Source: an uncultured Clostridia bacterium
GTDB lineage: Bacteria; Bacillota; Clostridia; Christensenellales; CAG-917
Length of the DNA: 46,911 bases
Reading direction: 5' to 3'
Assembly (NCBI GenBank): GCA_947589635.1
Contig: CANQCC010000001.1
Location: 1-46,911 of the forward strand
Positions 35,924-45,032 of the stretch are shown here, piece after piece; position 1 is the stretch's first letter; every line of letters begins with the position of its first letter. The position numbers were made by a program, and so were the translations under genes. A model generated the notes under the pieces. That model was given only the letters and a program-made list of their open reading frames with translations, did no database searches and was not told the origin of the DNA.

Positions 35924-37060
35924 ATGTACGTATATCTTGACAACGCGGCGACTTCCCGCTTCAAGCCGCGCGGAGTTTTCGAAGCGTTGGCAAAAGACCT
36001 CGCCTCAAGCGCCAACGGAGGCAGAAGCGCGCACCGCGACGCGCTCAGGGCAAGCCTGAAGATTGAAAATTGCAGGCGTTTTTTGCTTGACGCGTTCGGC
36101 GCTGGCGACGAGCGCTGCCTTGTATTCACAAAAAGCTGTACCGAGGCGTTGAACCTCGCGCTGTTCGGGCTTATAAAGGGCGGCGAGCGCGTGATAACCA
36201 CCGCTAACGAACATAACGCCGTGCTGAGGCCTCTATACGAGCTGAAACGGCGAGGGCTTATCGACTTAAAAATTATCTCCCAGACGCATGACGGCAGGAT
36301 AGACGAGAGGGACATAATTTCGGCGGCAGCTTGCGGCGATATATTTGTGGGAGGCGGCGTCTCAAACGTGACGGGAGCCTCGTACGATATTGCGGGAGTC
36401 GCCAAAAAGATAAAGGGGCTCGGCTGCAAAATCATCATGGACGGCGCGCAGAGCGTGCCCCTTGCAGACCTCAACTTAAAAGAGCTTGGCATAGATATGC
36501 TCGCCTGCCCCGGGCATAAAGGATTGCACGGCGTACAGGGTACGGGCTTTCTTATCGTCGACAAAAGCATATCCCTCAAGCCTCTTATTTTCGGCGGGAC
36601 GGGAAGCGCGTCAAAGGACGAATCCATGCCCGAGGATATGCCCGAAAGCCTCGAGGCGGGCACTCAGTTTACAGGCGGGATAGACGCCTTGAGAGAGGGC
36701 GCAAAGTGGTCGCTGGAACACATAAAAGAAACTCGGCAAAATTTTCATCAACTTGCAAAAACGGCAGTTTATAATCTCAAATCGGCAGGATATACCGTGT
36801 ATTGTGAAAATTGCGACAGCGGGATAATCGCCTTCAATTTTGAAGACGCGGACAGCGGGACCGCCGCGGATATGTTTGACGAAAAAGGCGTCGCGCTGCG
36901 AAGCGGGCTGCATTGCGCACCCCTTGTGCACAAGCATTTTGGCACGCTTTCACAGGGCATGCTTAGGGCAAGCCTCGGCGTGGAGACTACGGCGCGGGAC
37001 ATAGCATACTTCTGCTCTGCCGCGGAGCGCGTGGCGAAAAGACTTAAAAATTTACGATAA
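35924..37060 (+). CDS. aminotransferase class V / cysteine desulfurase family protein
   Basis: 378 aa starting MYVYLDNAATSRFKPRGV. The PLP-lysine context is ACPGHKGLHGVQGTGFL, and the C-terminal part contains RSGLHCAP. Confidence 0.85.
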   Translation: MYVYLDNAATSRFKPRGVFEALAKDLASSANGGRSAHRDALRASLKIENCRRFLLDAFGAGDERCLVFTKSCTEALNLALFGLIKGGERVITTANEHNAVLRPLYELKRRGLIDLKIISQTHDGRIDERDIISAAACGDIFVGGGVSNVTGASYDIAGVAKKIKGLGCKIIMDGAQSVPLADLNLKELGIDMLACPGHKGLHGVQGTGFLIVDKSISLKPLIFGGTGSASKDESMPEDMPESLEAGTQFTGGIDALREGAKWSLEHIKETRQNFHQLAKTAVYNLKSAGYTVYCENCDSGIIAFNFEDADSGTAADMFDEKGVALRSGLHCAPLVHKHFGTLSQGMLRASLGVETTARDIAYFCSAAERVAKRLKNLR

Positions 37061-37083
37061 GAAAAAAGCGGAAAAATTTCCGC
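37061..37083 (-). terminator. hairpin plus T-tract between the convergent desulfurase and S8 peptidase genes
   Basis: On the minus strand: GCGGA-AATTTT-TCCGC followed by TTTTTTC. Confidence 0.45.
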
Positions 37084-37157
37084 ATCATGACTCACGTGCG
37101 CCTCCCCGCCCCGCTTTGAAAAGCAAACTTGCCGCCGTTCAATAGCAAGCAAAAAAT

Positions 37158-38261
37158 TCACAGCCTGAAGACCTTTACTCCGTTCACCGTCCTGCAGTTG
37201 TCAAGAAGTATACGCTTCGCCATCTTGGGAGCGATATGCCTGTACTTCTGGCAAATCAGACAGCACGCGCCCGCGACATAAGGCGCCGCCGCGGAGGTGC
37301 CGCTCATTCTTACATATGTGCCTCCCGCTTTGACGCCCTTCACGTCCACGCCTTCCGCGTAGAGGTCCGGCCTTTGCACTCCCATAAAGCTGCCGCGAGA
37401 GGTGAACGACGCGACGTTATCCTCGCCGTCCACGGCGCCAACGGAGATTATTTCCGGGCTGATCGCTGGAGACCTCAAATTGCCGACGCCGCTGTTCCCC
37501 GACGCCGCCACTACGATAAGTCCGCTTCTCGCAAGCATTTCCGCGCCCGCCTTCAGAGGGTCGACGGGGGTTTGAGGTTCCGCTCCGAAGCTCATACAGA
37601 CGACGCGTATGCCATAGCTCAAAAAATTGTCGAACAGCCATTGCATGCCGTCAAGGATCCTAAACGCGCCGCTCTCGCCGCTTTCGCCTATCACCTTTAC
37701 TCCCACTACGTTTGCGCGAGGAGCCACACCCCTCGTCTCGCCCGCGGACAACAGCCCGTTTCCGCACGCTACGCCCGCCACAAAAGTGCCGTGTCCGTTG
37801 TCGTCATAGGGGTATTTGCCGTCGCCAACAAAGTCTTCGAAGTGCACGATGCGCTCGGCGGGAACGGACAAGTCGCTGTGCGGAGATATCCCCGTATCGA
37901 GCACGCACATATTGACTCCGTCGCCGTCAAGTTTGTCGCTTGTGCGCTCGACGGATACTCCTGCAAACTCCCCCGGACTTCCAAGCGCAAACACCCTGCT
38001 TTGAGATGATACGTACTCCACCTCCCTCATGCGCTCGAGGCGGATGGCGGCTTTGATGTCGCAATCTATCGCGACCGCGCTTATAAACGGGTAGGCGCGC
38101 GTCACTCTGAAATCGCGCTCTATGAGACACATATGTAGGGGATTGCGCACTCTGACAAGCGCGTTTACGCTTTCCCGCGCGCCGAGCACGCTGACCACTT
38201 TGTCGTCCATCTTGGGGTTGGCCTTAAGGCGCTCGAGTATGGCATTGTCAAACTTATCCAT
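37158..38261 (-). CDS. S8 family (subtilisin-like) serine peptidase
   Basis: Catalytic triad contexts are VLDTGISPH (Asp), GHGTFVAGVA (His) and SGTSAAAPYVAGA (Ser). There is an N-terminal propeptide-like ~100 aa and no obvious signal peptide. Confidence 0.88.
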   Translation of the reverse strand: MDKFDNAILERLKANPKMDDKVVSVLGARESVNALVRVRNPLHMCLIERDFRVTRAYPFISAVAIDCDIKAAIRLERMREVEYVSSQSRVFALGSPGEFAGVSVERTSDKLDGDGVNMCVLDTGISPHSDLSVPAERIVHFEDFVGDGKYPYDDNGHGTFVAGVACGNGLLSAGETRGVAPRANVVGVKVIGESGESGAFRILDGMQWLFDNFLSYGIRVVCMSFGAEPQTPVDPLKAGAEMLARSGLIVVAASGNSGVGNLRSPAISPEIISVGAVDGEDNVASFTSRGSFMGVQRPDLYAEGVDVKGVKAGGTYVRMSGTSAAAPYVAGACCLICQKYRHIAPKMAKRILLDNCRTVNGVKVFRL

Positions 38262-38525
38262 TCAGTTCCCCTTAAGCATATCTATGATGGCGCGCATTCG
38301 GCTCAGTTGCTCCCGGGACAGAAACGGAGCCGAGGTCGCGTATAAGTTCTCAAGCGAACCGGGATCGAATTTGCCCGCCGCTTTAAGCGCGTCCGCGGCG
38401 CTTTTCAGTTCCTCGAAAAGTTGTTCCTCGCTTTTGCCGGCATAGGCGTTAAGCCGTGAGTATACGTCCTCTCCGCGCGTCGTCCCGTCGTGCGCGGGGC
38501 CATCCGAAGTCTCCCAAAAATTCAT
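38262..38525 (-). CDS. hypothetical small protein (87 aa), abutting the S8 peptidase start
   Basis: ATG 38525 is preceded by GGAGGAGAT. Its stop codon TGA directly abuts the ATG of the peptidase gene. The ORF-track 5' extension to 38741 is Arg-rich, looks non-coding, and is rejected. Confidence 0.6.
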   Translation of the reverse strand: MNFWETSDGPAHDGTTRGEDVYSRLNAYAGKSEEQLFEELKSAADALKAAGKFDPGSLENLYATSAPFLSREQLSRMRAIIDMLKGN

Positions 38526-38582
38526 ATCTCCTCCGTCACATTCAATATATGAGCGCATATTATGTTTGTGACAGGTGAGGTT

Positions 38583-39056
38583 ATGAATTTGGACATGAAC
38601 GCAATCTCCGCCCTCATGCAGATGTTCGCGGGCAAAGGGCGCGAGCCTTCGCGGGAGCAATACCCGCCGCGGGAGCAAACGGCCGCGCAGTCCCCATTCG
38701 CCGCGCAAAACGGATTGGGCGAAAAAGCGGACTTCTCCCAAAAGCCGAAGGCGGATCCGCTTGCGGGAATACTCGGCATGTTCTCGGGACAGGCGACTGA
38801 CGCATCCCCTATTATGCCGATGCTTATGAACATGCTAAAACGCCCCGCCGCGCAGCCCTCCGGCAGTGTATCCGGCGAGAAACCTACGCCCGAGCCCGAA
38901 CAAGAAAGGCAAAAAGACGGCAAAACAAATAAAAGCGCCGCTCCCGACGTCTCTTTTGAGGGAGCTTTTCAAAGCGCGGGCAAATTTGCGCCCATATCTT
39001 TTGCGGGATACGCGCTTATAAGCGCCCTCAACCTGCTCTCGAATCACCGCGACTGA
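38583..39056 (+). CDS. hypothetical low-complexity (Pro/Gln/Ala-rich) protein
   Basis: 157 aa from ATG 38583 (MNLDMNAISALMQMFAGKG...), divergent from the small-protein/S8 operon. It looks mostly disordered, with a short hydrophobic C-terminus (FAPISFAGYALISALNLL). Confidence 0.5.
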   Translation: MNLDMNAISALMQMFAGKGREPSREQYPPREQTAAQSPFAAQNGLGEKADFSQKPKADPLAGILGMFSGQATDASPIMPMLMNMLKRPAAQPSGSVSGEKPTPEPEQERQKDGKTNKSAAPDVSFEGAFQSAGKFAPISFAGYALISALNLLSNHRD

Positions 39057-39242
39057 TAAATATAATACAAGGGAGCGCAAGAAGAGCGCTCTCTCGTCCC
39101 ATATGCTTATGGAAAACGAGCGCTTTAGCGCGGCGAAACCATCCATCAACGCGCAGGCATATCACCAAAAGCGCATATGCGCCTGCGCGGCATATAAAAC
39201 AGAGTTAAAAATTTGCAAGCAGATAAAATGACTATTGGATAT

Positions 39243-39270
39243 AAAAAAAGCGGGCTGCCCCGCTTTTTTC
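39243..39270. terminator. bidirectional rho-independent terminator
   Basis: AAAAAAA-GCGGG-CTGC-CCCGC-TTTTTT. It serves trxA (minus strand) and the upstream plus-strand gene. Confidence 0.8.
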
Positions 39271-39294
39271 AATCTGCGACGAAATGTGGAACTC

Positions 39295-39609
39295 TCATTT
39301 CAGATAGCCGTCTAAAATTGCCGTGTATTCGCGCTTGAGATGATAGCCGATTATGCTTTGCGCCTCATCGCCGTCTTTGAAAATCAAAACGGTCGGGATG
39401 GAATAGATGTTGAAACGCGCGGCAAGTTCCGGGCACGCGTCCACGTCCACCTTGCAAACGCTCACCCTGCCGTCGTATTCCTCGGCAAGGGCCTCGATAG
39501 TAGGCGCAAGCATTTTGCAAGGGCCGCACCAGCTCGCCCAAAAGTCCACGAGCACAAGTCCGCTTGAGATGGCACTGTCAAAATTTTCTTGGTTAAGCTC
39601 TTTTTCCAT
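39295..39609 (-). CDS. trxA: thioredoxin
   Basis: 104 aa from ATG 39609, with an AAGGAG RBS 6 nt upstream. The active site is WASWCGPCKM. Confidence 0.95.
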   Translation of the reverse strand: MEKELNQENFDSAISSGLVLVDFWASWCGPCKMLAPTIEALAEEYDGRVSVCKVDVDACPELAARFNIYSIPTVLIFKDGDEAQSIIGYHLKREYTAILDGYLK

Positions 39610-39843
39610 ATTCAGCTCCTTTGTCATAATCGAAGTTTTATATGCTTATTATTGTCATATAAAACGTGATTTTTGCATTTTTAACGCACATTTTTATCCC
39701 CGCATGCGTCATGTGATATCGCGCGAAAAGTCGTCTTCATCCGCCTGATATTCTTCCTCGTCGGGCGCTATATCCTCGCCTCCCTGCAAGTTGTATGCGG
39801 CCTCGGCGTCTTTTATCTCGCCGTCATTTTTATCGACCTCTGG

Positions 39844-40434
39844 CTACATATTTTCGTCGCGCTTATTCTCTTCGACCGCGACAGCCTTATTATCGTCGGG
39901 CTTGTCCTCTTCTTTGATTATCTTGCCCTCTTCTCGAGCGTTTTCTTCGACAGAAGCAACCTTTTCTTCTTGATTTTTGACTTCCTCGCGAAGAACGTCG
40001 GCGGGCTGCTCGACAGCTGCGGCGTCATCCTCATCGGAGTCTGCGGGGACAAAACTCTTCATTGCGGCGCGACCGACTTTTCTCAAGACGGTAAGATCTA
40101 TGGGGATCGCTATCGCAAGCCCTATCCCAAGTCCCGCCGCGCCGAGTATGGCTCCTGCTCCATGCGACATTATATTGCCGAGGATCGCTCCGAGTGCGCA
40201 AAGTAGCACGGGAAGAAGATATATAAGCGCGCAAAGCGTGCCCTTGACCTCGCCAACGTCCACTTCGACGACGTCGTCGACGTTTGCGCCGAGAGTGTTT
40301 CTGACGTCGAGCGTGACCTCAAGGCCGCCTTTTGAGTTTTCGCACAGTCTGCACTTGTCGCAAGCGGCGGTGCGCTTGAACGCTACGACGGCTCTTGCGC
40401 CGTCCGTCTTGACAATTCTTCCCTTTTCGATCAT
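39844..40434 (-). CDS. RseC/MucC-like (SoxR-reducing system) membrane protein with a long acidic C-terminal tail
   Basis: The N-terminus is MIEKGRIVKTDGARAVVAFKRTAACDKCRLC..., followed by two glycine-rich TM helices and then a D/E-rich tail. The ORF ends at TAG 39846-39844, but the frame stays open for 44 more codons (see findings). Confidence 0.7.
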   Translation of the reverse strand: MIEKGRIVKTDGARAVVAFKRTAACDKCRLCENSKGGLEVTLDVRNTLGANVDDVVEVDVGEVKGTLCALIYLLPVLLCALGAILGNIMSHGAGAILGAAGLGIGLAIAIPIDLTVLRKVGRAAMKSFVPADSDEDDAAAVEQPADVLREEVKNQEEKVASVEENAREEGKIIKEEDKPDDNKAVAVEENKRDENM

Positions 40435-40435
40435 C

Positions 40436-41698
40436 TTACAGTCCGAGCGCGCGACTAGGATCTGCCAAAAACTCGTCTATTTGCGTTTCGCGCTCCTCTC
40501 CCGTATGCATGTCCTTGACCTTAAACGCGCCGCGAGCAAGTTCGTCCTCGCCTATGACGGCGACGATTTTTGCTCCCGCTCTGTCCGCATATTTAAGCTG
40601 AGCTTTCACGCTTCTGTCCATGATGTCCGTCTCCGCGCTTATGCCTAAGGCGCGCGCGGCGTTTGTAAGTTGTTGCGCGAGCGGTCTTGCTTCTGCACAG
40701 ATGGGCGCGATGTACAGGTATACACACTCCGGATCCGCGGCAAATATATCGGCGTTTTCAAGCACGAGGAGCAGGCGCTCTATGCCAAGTCCGAATCCGA
40801 CCGCGGGCATATGTTTGCCGCCTATCTGCTCCACAAGGTTATTGTATCTGCCGCCTCCGCAGACGGTGCCCTGCGCGCCGATCTGATTTGACGTAAATTC
40901 AAAGACGGTGCGCGTATAATAATCAAGCCCGCGCACTATCATGGGGGCTATCCTGAACGGGATACCAGCCGCGGAAAGTAGCTCCTGCACGCCTTCGAAA
41001 TGCGTTTTGCAATCGTCGCACAAAAAGTCCGTGATCTTGGGAGCGCCGGCAACTATACGCCTGCAACCCTCCTCCTTGCAGTCGAGGATCCTGAGCGGAT
41101 TCTTTTGAAATCTTTCGCGGCAAGTGGCGCACATGGCGTCAAGATTGTCGCCTATATAAGCCTTAAGCGCCTCGTTGAATTTTGCGCGGCAATCGGGACA
41201 GCCTATGCTGTTGAGGCAAAGTTCAAGCCCCTTCACCCCTACTCTTTGCAAAAACTCGTACGCAAGCGAGATGACCTCGGCGTCCGCGGACGGGCTGTCG
41301 CTGCCGTAGCACTCGACTCCGAATTGGTGATGCTCCCTCAACCTGCCGTTTTGCGGGCGCTCGTATCTGAACACGGACGCCAGATAGTACGCCTTCATGG
41401 GCAATACGCCCTGCTGAAGTCCGTTTTCTATAAAGCAGCGAGCCACTCCGGCGGTGCCTTCGGGGCGAAGAGTCATGCTTCTGCCGCCCTTGTCCTCAAA
41501 GGTATACATCTCCTTGTTGACGATGTCCGTAGTCTCGCCCACGCCGCGCAAAAACAGCTCGGTGTGCTCAAAAGTGGGAGTGCGGATCTCCTTAAATCCG
41601 AAAAGCGCCGCCACGTCCCGCGCGACCCCCTCGACATAGTGCCATTTGTACGAATCGGAGGGCAGCACGTCCTTTGTGCCTTTGGGAATGTTTATCAT
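40436..41698 (-). CDS. hisS: histidine--tRNA ligase
   Basis: 420 aa starting MINIPKGTKDVLPSDSYKW. Class II motifs are present (RYERPQNGRLREHHQFGVE, GGGRYN), plus a C-terminal anticodon-binding domain. Confidence 0.96.
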   Translation of the reverse strand: MINIPKGTKDVLPSDSYKWHYVEGVARDVAALFGFKEIRTPTFEHTELFLRGVGETTDIVNKEMYTFEDKGGRSMTLRPEGTAGVARCFIENGLQQGVLPMKAYYLASVFRYERPQNGRLREHHQFGVECYGSDSPSADAEVISLAYEFLQRVGVKGLELCLNSIGCPDCRAKFNEALKAYIGDNLDAMCATCRERFQKNPLRILDCKEEGCRRIVAGAPKITDFLCDDCKTHFEGVQELLSAAGIPFRIAPMIVRGLDYYTRTVFEFTSNQIGAQGTVCGGGRYNNLVEQIGGKHMPAVGFGLGIERLLLVLENADIFAADPECVYLYIAPICAEARPLAQQLTNAARALGISAETDIMDRSVKAQLKYADRAGAKIVAVIGEDELARGAFKVKDMHTGEERETQIDEFLADPSRALGL

Positions 41699-41752
41699 AG
41701 TCTACCTCGCCTTAAGAAAAATCGCGATTTTTCGTCGAATGATTTACGTCTC

Positions 41753-43093
41753 TCAGATTATATATTTTCTGAGGTTGCGCTCTTTAAGAGACGTCGAAAG
41801 ATGATTTTCGACGTACTCGCGGTCGATCGTTATCTCCTTGGTGACGTTGTCGTCCGCCTCGTAAAGCACGTCTTTAAGAAGCGCCTCTATGACCGCATGC
41901 AGCCTGCGCGCGCCGAGGTTTTCGCTACTCTCGTTCTGCTCGAAGGAGATCCCCGCGATGCTGTTTATCGCCTCGGGAGTGAACGTAAGCGTCACGCCGT
42001 CGACTTTAAGCAGTTCCTTATATTGCTTTATGACCGCGTTGTCGGGCTCCGTCAGTATCTTAACAAAGTCGTCCTTGGTCAGGTTGTCAAGTTCCACTCT
42101 GATGGGGAAACGGCCCTGAAGTTCGGGAATGAGGTCCTCCATTTTTGACATGTGGAAGGCGCCCGCCGCGATGAACAAAATGAAATCCGTGCGAATAGAA
42201 CCATACTTTGTCTGCACCGTGCTGCCCTCGACTATGGGAAGGATGTCGCGCTGTACGCCCTCGCGCGAGACGTCGTGTCCCTGTTGCGCTTCGTTTGCGT
42301 TTGCGGCGATCTTGTCTATCTCGTCAAGGAAGACCACGCCGTCCTGTTCCGCGCGGATAAGCGCTTCCTGCACTATGGAATCCTGATCGACCATATGCTC
42401 GGATTCCTGCGCGATTATGGTTTCCATCGCCTGTTTGACCGTTATCTTGCGGCGCTTGACGGGGGCTCTGTTGCCGCCCATCAATTGCCCGAAGATGTTG
42501 CCGATATTGACCGCGTCGGAAGGGTTGTTGCCCACCTGAATCTGCATGGGTCTGGGCTGCTGCCTTATCTCCATTTCAACGGTGAGCGCGTCGAGGTGTC
42601 CCGCGCGGAGTTCGCTTCTCAACTCCTCTTTAAGCACTTCGTCGCTCTTGTCCTCGGTGCCGCTGCCGTTTTTGCGGATGGGAAGTAAGATGTCCACAAG
42701 TTTATTTTCCGCAATTTCGGTGGCTTTTGGCAGCACTTCCTTAAATTTTTCGTCCTTTACAAGGCGGATAGCGACTTCCACAAGGTCGCGGATTATGCTT
42801 TCCACGTCCCTGCCGACATAGCCGACTTCGGTGAACTTTGTGGCTTCCACCTTGACAAACGGAGCTTTGACCACCTTGGCGAGTCTGCGCGCGATCTCCG
42901 TCTTGCCCACGCCTGTAGGCCCCTTCATGATGATGTTTTTGGGGGTGATCTCCTCTCTCAGCTCCTCGGGGAGTTTGCTGCGACGGTAGCGGTTTCTGAG
43001 AGCTATCGCCACCGCGACTTTTGCCTCGTGCTGACCGATGATGTATCTGTCAAGCTCGGATACGATTTGTTTGGGAGTCAATATATTTTCCAT
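41753..43093 (-). CDS. hslU: ATP-dependent protease ATPase subunit HslU
   Basis: 446 aa with TPKQIVSELDRYIIGQ, Walker A GPTGVGKTEIARRLA and Walker B VVFLDEIDK. It lies directly downstream of hslV. Confidence 0.96.
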   Translation of the reverse strand: MENILTPKQIVSELDRYIIGQHEAKVAVAIALRNRYRRSKLPEELREEITPKNIIMKGPTGVGKTEIARRLAKVVKAPFVKVEATKFTEVGYVGRDVESIIRDLVEVAIRLVKDEKFKEVLPKATEIAENKLVDILLPIRKNGSGTEDKSDEVLKEELRSELRAGHLDALTVEMEIRQQPRPMQIQVGNNPSDAVNIGNIFGQLMGGNRAPVKRRKITVKQAMETIIAQESEHMVDQDSIVQEALIRAEQDGVVFLDEIDKIAANANEAQQGHDVSREGVQRDILPIVEGSTVQTKYGSIRTDFILFIAAGAFHMSKMEDLIPELQGRFPIRVELDNLTKDDFVKILTEPDNAVIKQYKELLKVDGVTLTFTPEAINSIAGISFEQNESSENLGARRLHAVIEALLKDVLYEADDNVTKEITIDREYVENHLSTSLKERNLRKYII

Positions 43094-43101
43094 ACTTCAC
43101 C

Positions 43102-43635
43102 TCAGACAGTCTCGACCGTGATGTGGTCGTTGGTATATACGCATATCTCGCTTGCGATCTTCAGCGCGCGCACGGCGATCTCCTTGGCGCCGAGTTTTGT
43201 CGCGCTGACAAGCGCCCTTGCCGCCGCGAGCGCATAGTTTCCGCCGCTTCCAATGGCGCAGATGCCGTTTTCCGGCTCGATGACTTCGCCTGTGCCGGAG
43301 ATGACGAACATGGACGTGGCGTCGGCGGCTATCATAAGCGCCTCCAACTTGCGCCCGCCCTTATCCAGCCTCCACAATTCGGCAAGCTCCACGGCGGCGC
43401 GCATAAGGTTGCCGCTGTACTTCTGAAGCATTGCCTCAAATTTTTCCGACAGCGCGAAGGCGTCGGATACAGAACCTGCAAAGCCTATGACGACTTTGTC
43501 CTGATATATGCGCTTGACCTTGACGGCGTTGCCCTTCATTATGACGCTCTCGCCCATGGTGACTTGCCCGTCGCCGGCGATCGCCGTGACTCCGCCGCGT
43601 TTGACAGCGCAGATTGTAGTGCCGCGAAATTCCAT
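43102..43635 (-). CDS. hslV: ATP-dependent protease subunit HslV
   Basis: 177 aa, [26 protein letters not shown]..., with an Ntn-hydrolase proteasome-like fold. Confidence 0.95.
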   Translation of the reverse strand: MEFRGTTICAVKRGGVTAIAGDGQVTMGESVIMKGNAVKVKRIYQDKVVIGFAGSVSDAFALSEKFEAMLQKYSGNLMRAAVELAELWRLDKGGRKLEALMIAADATSMFVISGTGEVIEPENGICAIGSGGNYALAAARALVSATKLGAKEIAVRALKIASEICVYTNDHITVETV

Positions 43636-43721
43636 ATTTACCTCTCTTCGATTATTGCCGTGATAGGCATATATCTATCTTTATAACAGCGGTTTTTCCG
43701 CTTTGAGTCCTGATCTGATTT

Positions 43722-45032
43722 TCAAAGCGCTTCAAGTTGCGCCTTATATTCTCCGACAGCGCGCACGGCGATGTCGCCATAGGCAAGTTTTCTCGCCTTT
43801 TTGTCGCGTATGCCGCTAACCGTAGGCAATATCCCGAGGTTGGCGTTCATGGGCTTGAAGTCCTGCGCGCAGCCCGAAATATATGCGCAAAGCGCGCCAG
43901 TCACGCATTCTTTCGGCGGAGGGGGCAGCTTTTTGCCCTCAAGTTCATAAGCCAGCGCCCTGCCCGCGATAAGTCCGCTCATTATGCTTTCGACGTATCC
44001 CTCAACGCCGCTCAGCTGCCCCGCGATATACAGCGGAGCCTCGCTTTTTATCACTCTGAACAAGGCGTCAAGCACGTCGGGCGAGTTTATATAGGTGTTT
44101 CTGTGCATCACGCCGTAGCGCAAAAACTCCGCCTCTTTAAGCGCCGGGATCATGCCGAAGACGCGCTTCTGTTCGGGATAGGTCAGATTTGTCTGAAATC
44201 CCACAAGATTAAAGCAATCTCCCGCGACGTTTTCCCGCCTCAGCTGGACGACCGCGTACGCTCTCTCGCCCGTAGACGGGTTTCTAAGTCCAACGGGCTT
44301 GAGAGGCCCGAAACGTATCGTATCGCTGCCGCGCTTTGCCATTTCCTCTATGGGCATGCAGCCGTCGAAGAGTTCTCTCTTTTCAAAATCGTGCAGTACG
44401 ACGGTCTTTGCGCTTACAAGCTCTCTGAAAAACGCCTCGTACTCCTCTTTTTGCATCGGCAGATTAAGATAATCGTCTCCGCCCTTGCCGTATCTGCCGC
44501 CGAAATACGCCTTTGTCATGTCCACGCTTGAGGCGGAGACTATGGGCGCGATGGCGTCATAGAAGAACAGCCTGTCCTTGCCCGTCAGCTCTCCCAGAAG
44601 CTCCGCCATGGCGGGCGAAGTAAGAGGGCCTGTGGCGACAACGGTCGGCGCATCATCGAGAGACGTGACTTCCTCGCGCACAAGCTGAAAGTCCTCGTAC
44701 CCCGCAAGTTCCTTTTCGACCGCCTTTGAAAACTTCTCTCTGTCCACCGAGAGCGCGCTGCCCGATGGCACTCTGCACTCCCTCGCAAGCGGAAGAAGAG
44801 CGCAACCCAATATGTCAAGTTCCTCTTTAAGTATGCCGGACGCGGTGGATCTTTCCTCCGACTTGAGCGAATTGGAGCACACAAGCTCCGCAAGATCGCC
44901 CGTCTTGTGCGCGCCCGTGCCCTTAATCGGCCTCATTTCGTACATTTTGACGGCGTAGCCTCGCCTCAGCAGCTGCAAAGCGCACTCCGAACCCGCAAGC
45001 CCGCCGCCTATGACCTTGACGACTTTCTTCAT
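43722..45032 (-). CDS. trmFO: methylenetetrahydrofolate--tRNA-(uracil-5-)-methyltransferase TrmFO
   Basis: 436 aa with an N-terminal FAD motif VIGGGLAGSE and full-length Gid/TrmFO-like sequence. The start overlaps the topA stop (ATGA). Confidence 0.94.
   Translation of the reverse strand: MKKVVKVIGGGLAGSECALQLLRRGYAVKMYEMRPIKGTGAHKTGDLAELVCSNSLKSEERSTASGILKEELDILGCALLPLARECRVPSGSALSVDREKFSKAVEKELAGYEDFQLVREEVTSLDDAPTVVATGPLTSPAMAELLGELTGKDRLFFYDAIAPIVSASSVDMTKAYFGGRYGKGGDDYLNLPMQKEEYEAFFRELVSAKTVVLHDFEKRELFDGCMPIEEMAKRGSDTIRFGPLKPVGLRNPSTGERAYAVVQLRRENVAGDCFNLVGFQTNLTYPEQKRVFGMIPALKEAEFLRYGVMHRNTYINSPDVLDALFRVIKSEAPLYIAGQLSGVEGYVESIMSGLIAGRALAYELEGKKLPPPPKECVTGALCAYISGCAQDFKPMNANLGILPTVSGIRDKKARKLAYGDIAVRAVGEYKAQLEAL

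Noticed and set aside
38526-38741. 5' extension of the small ORF (ORF track 38262-38741). Similar extensions occur at 13689-13784, 23552-23590, 6336-6413, 10225-10293 and 17380-17577.
   Set aside because: The extensions are Arg-rich or AT-rich and lack an RBS, and some overlap upstream genes. In each case an internal ATG with a good Shine-Dalgarno gives the canonical N-terminus.
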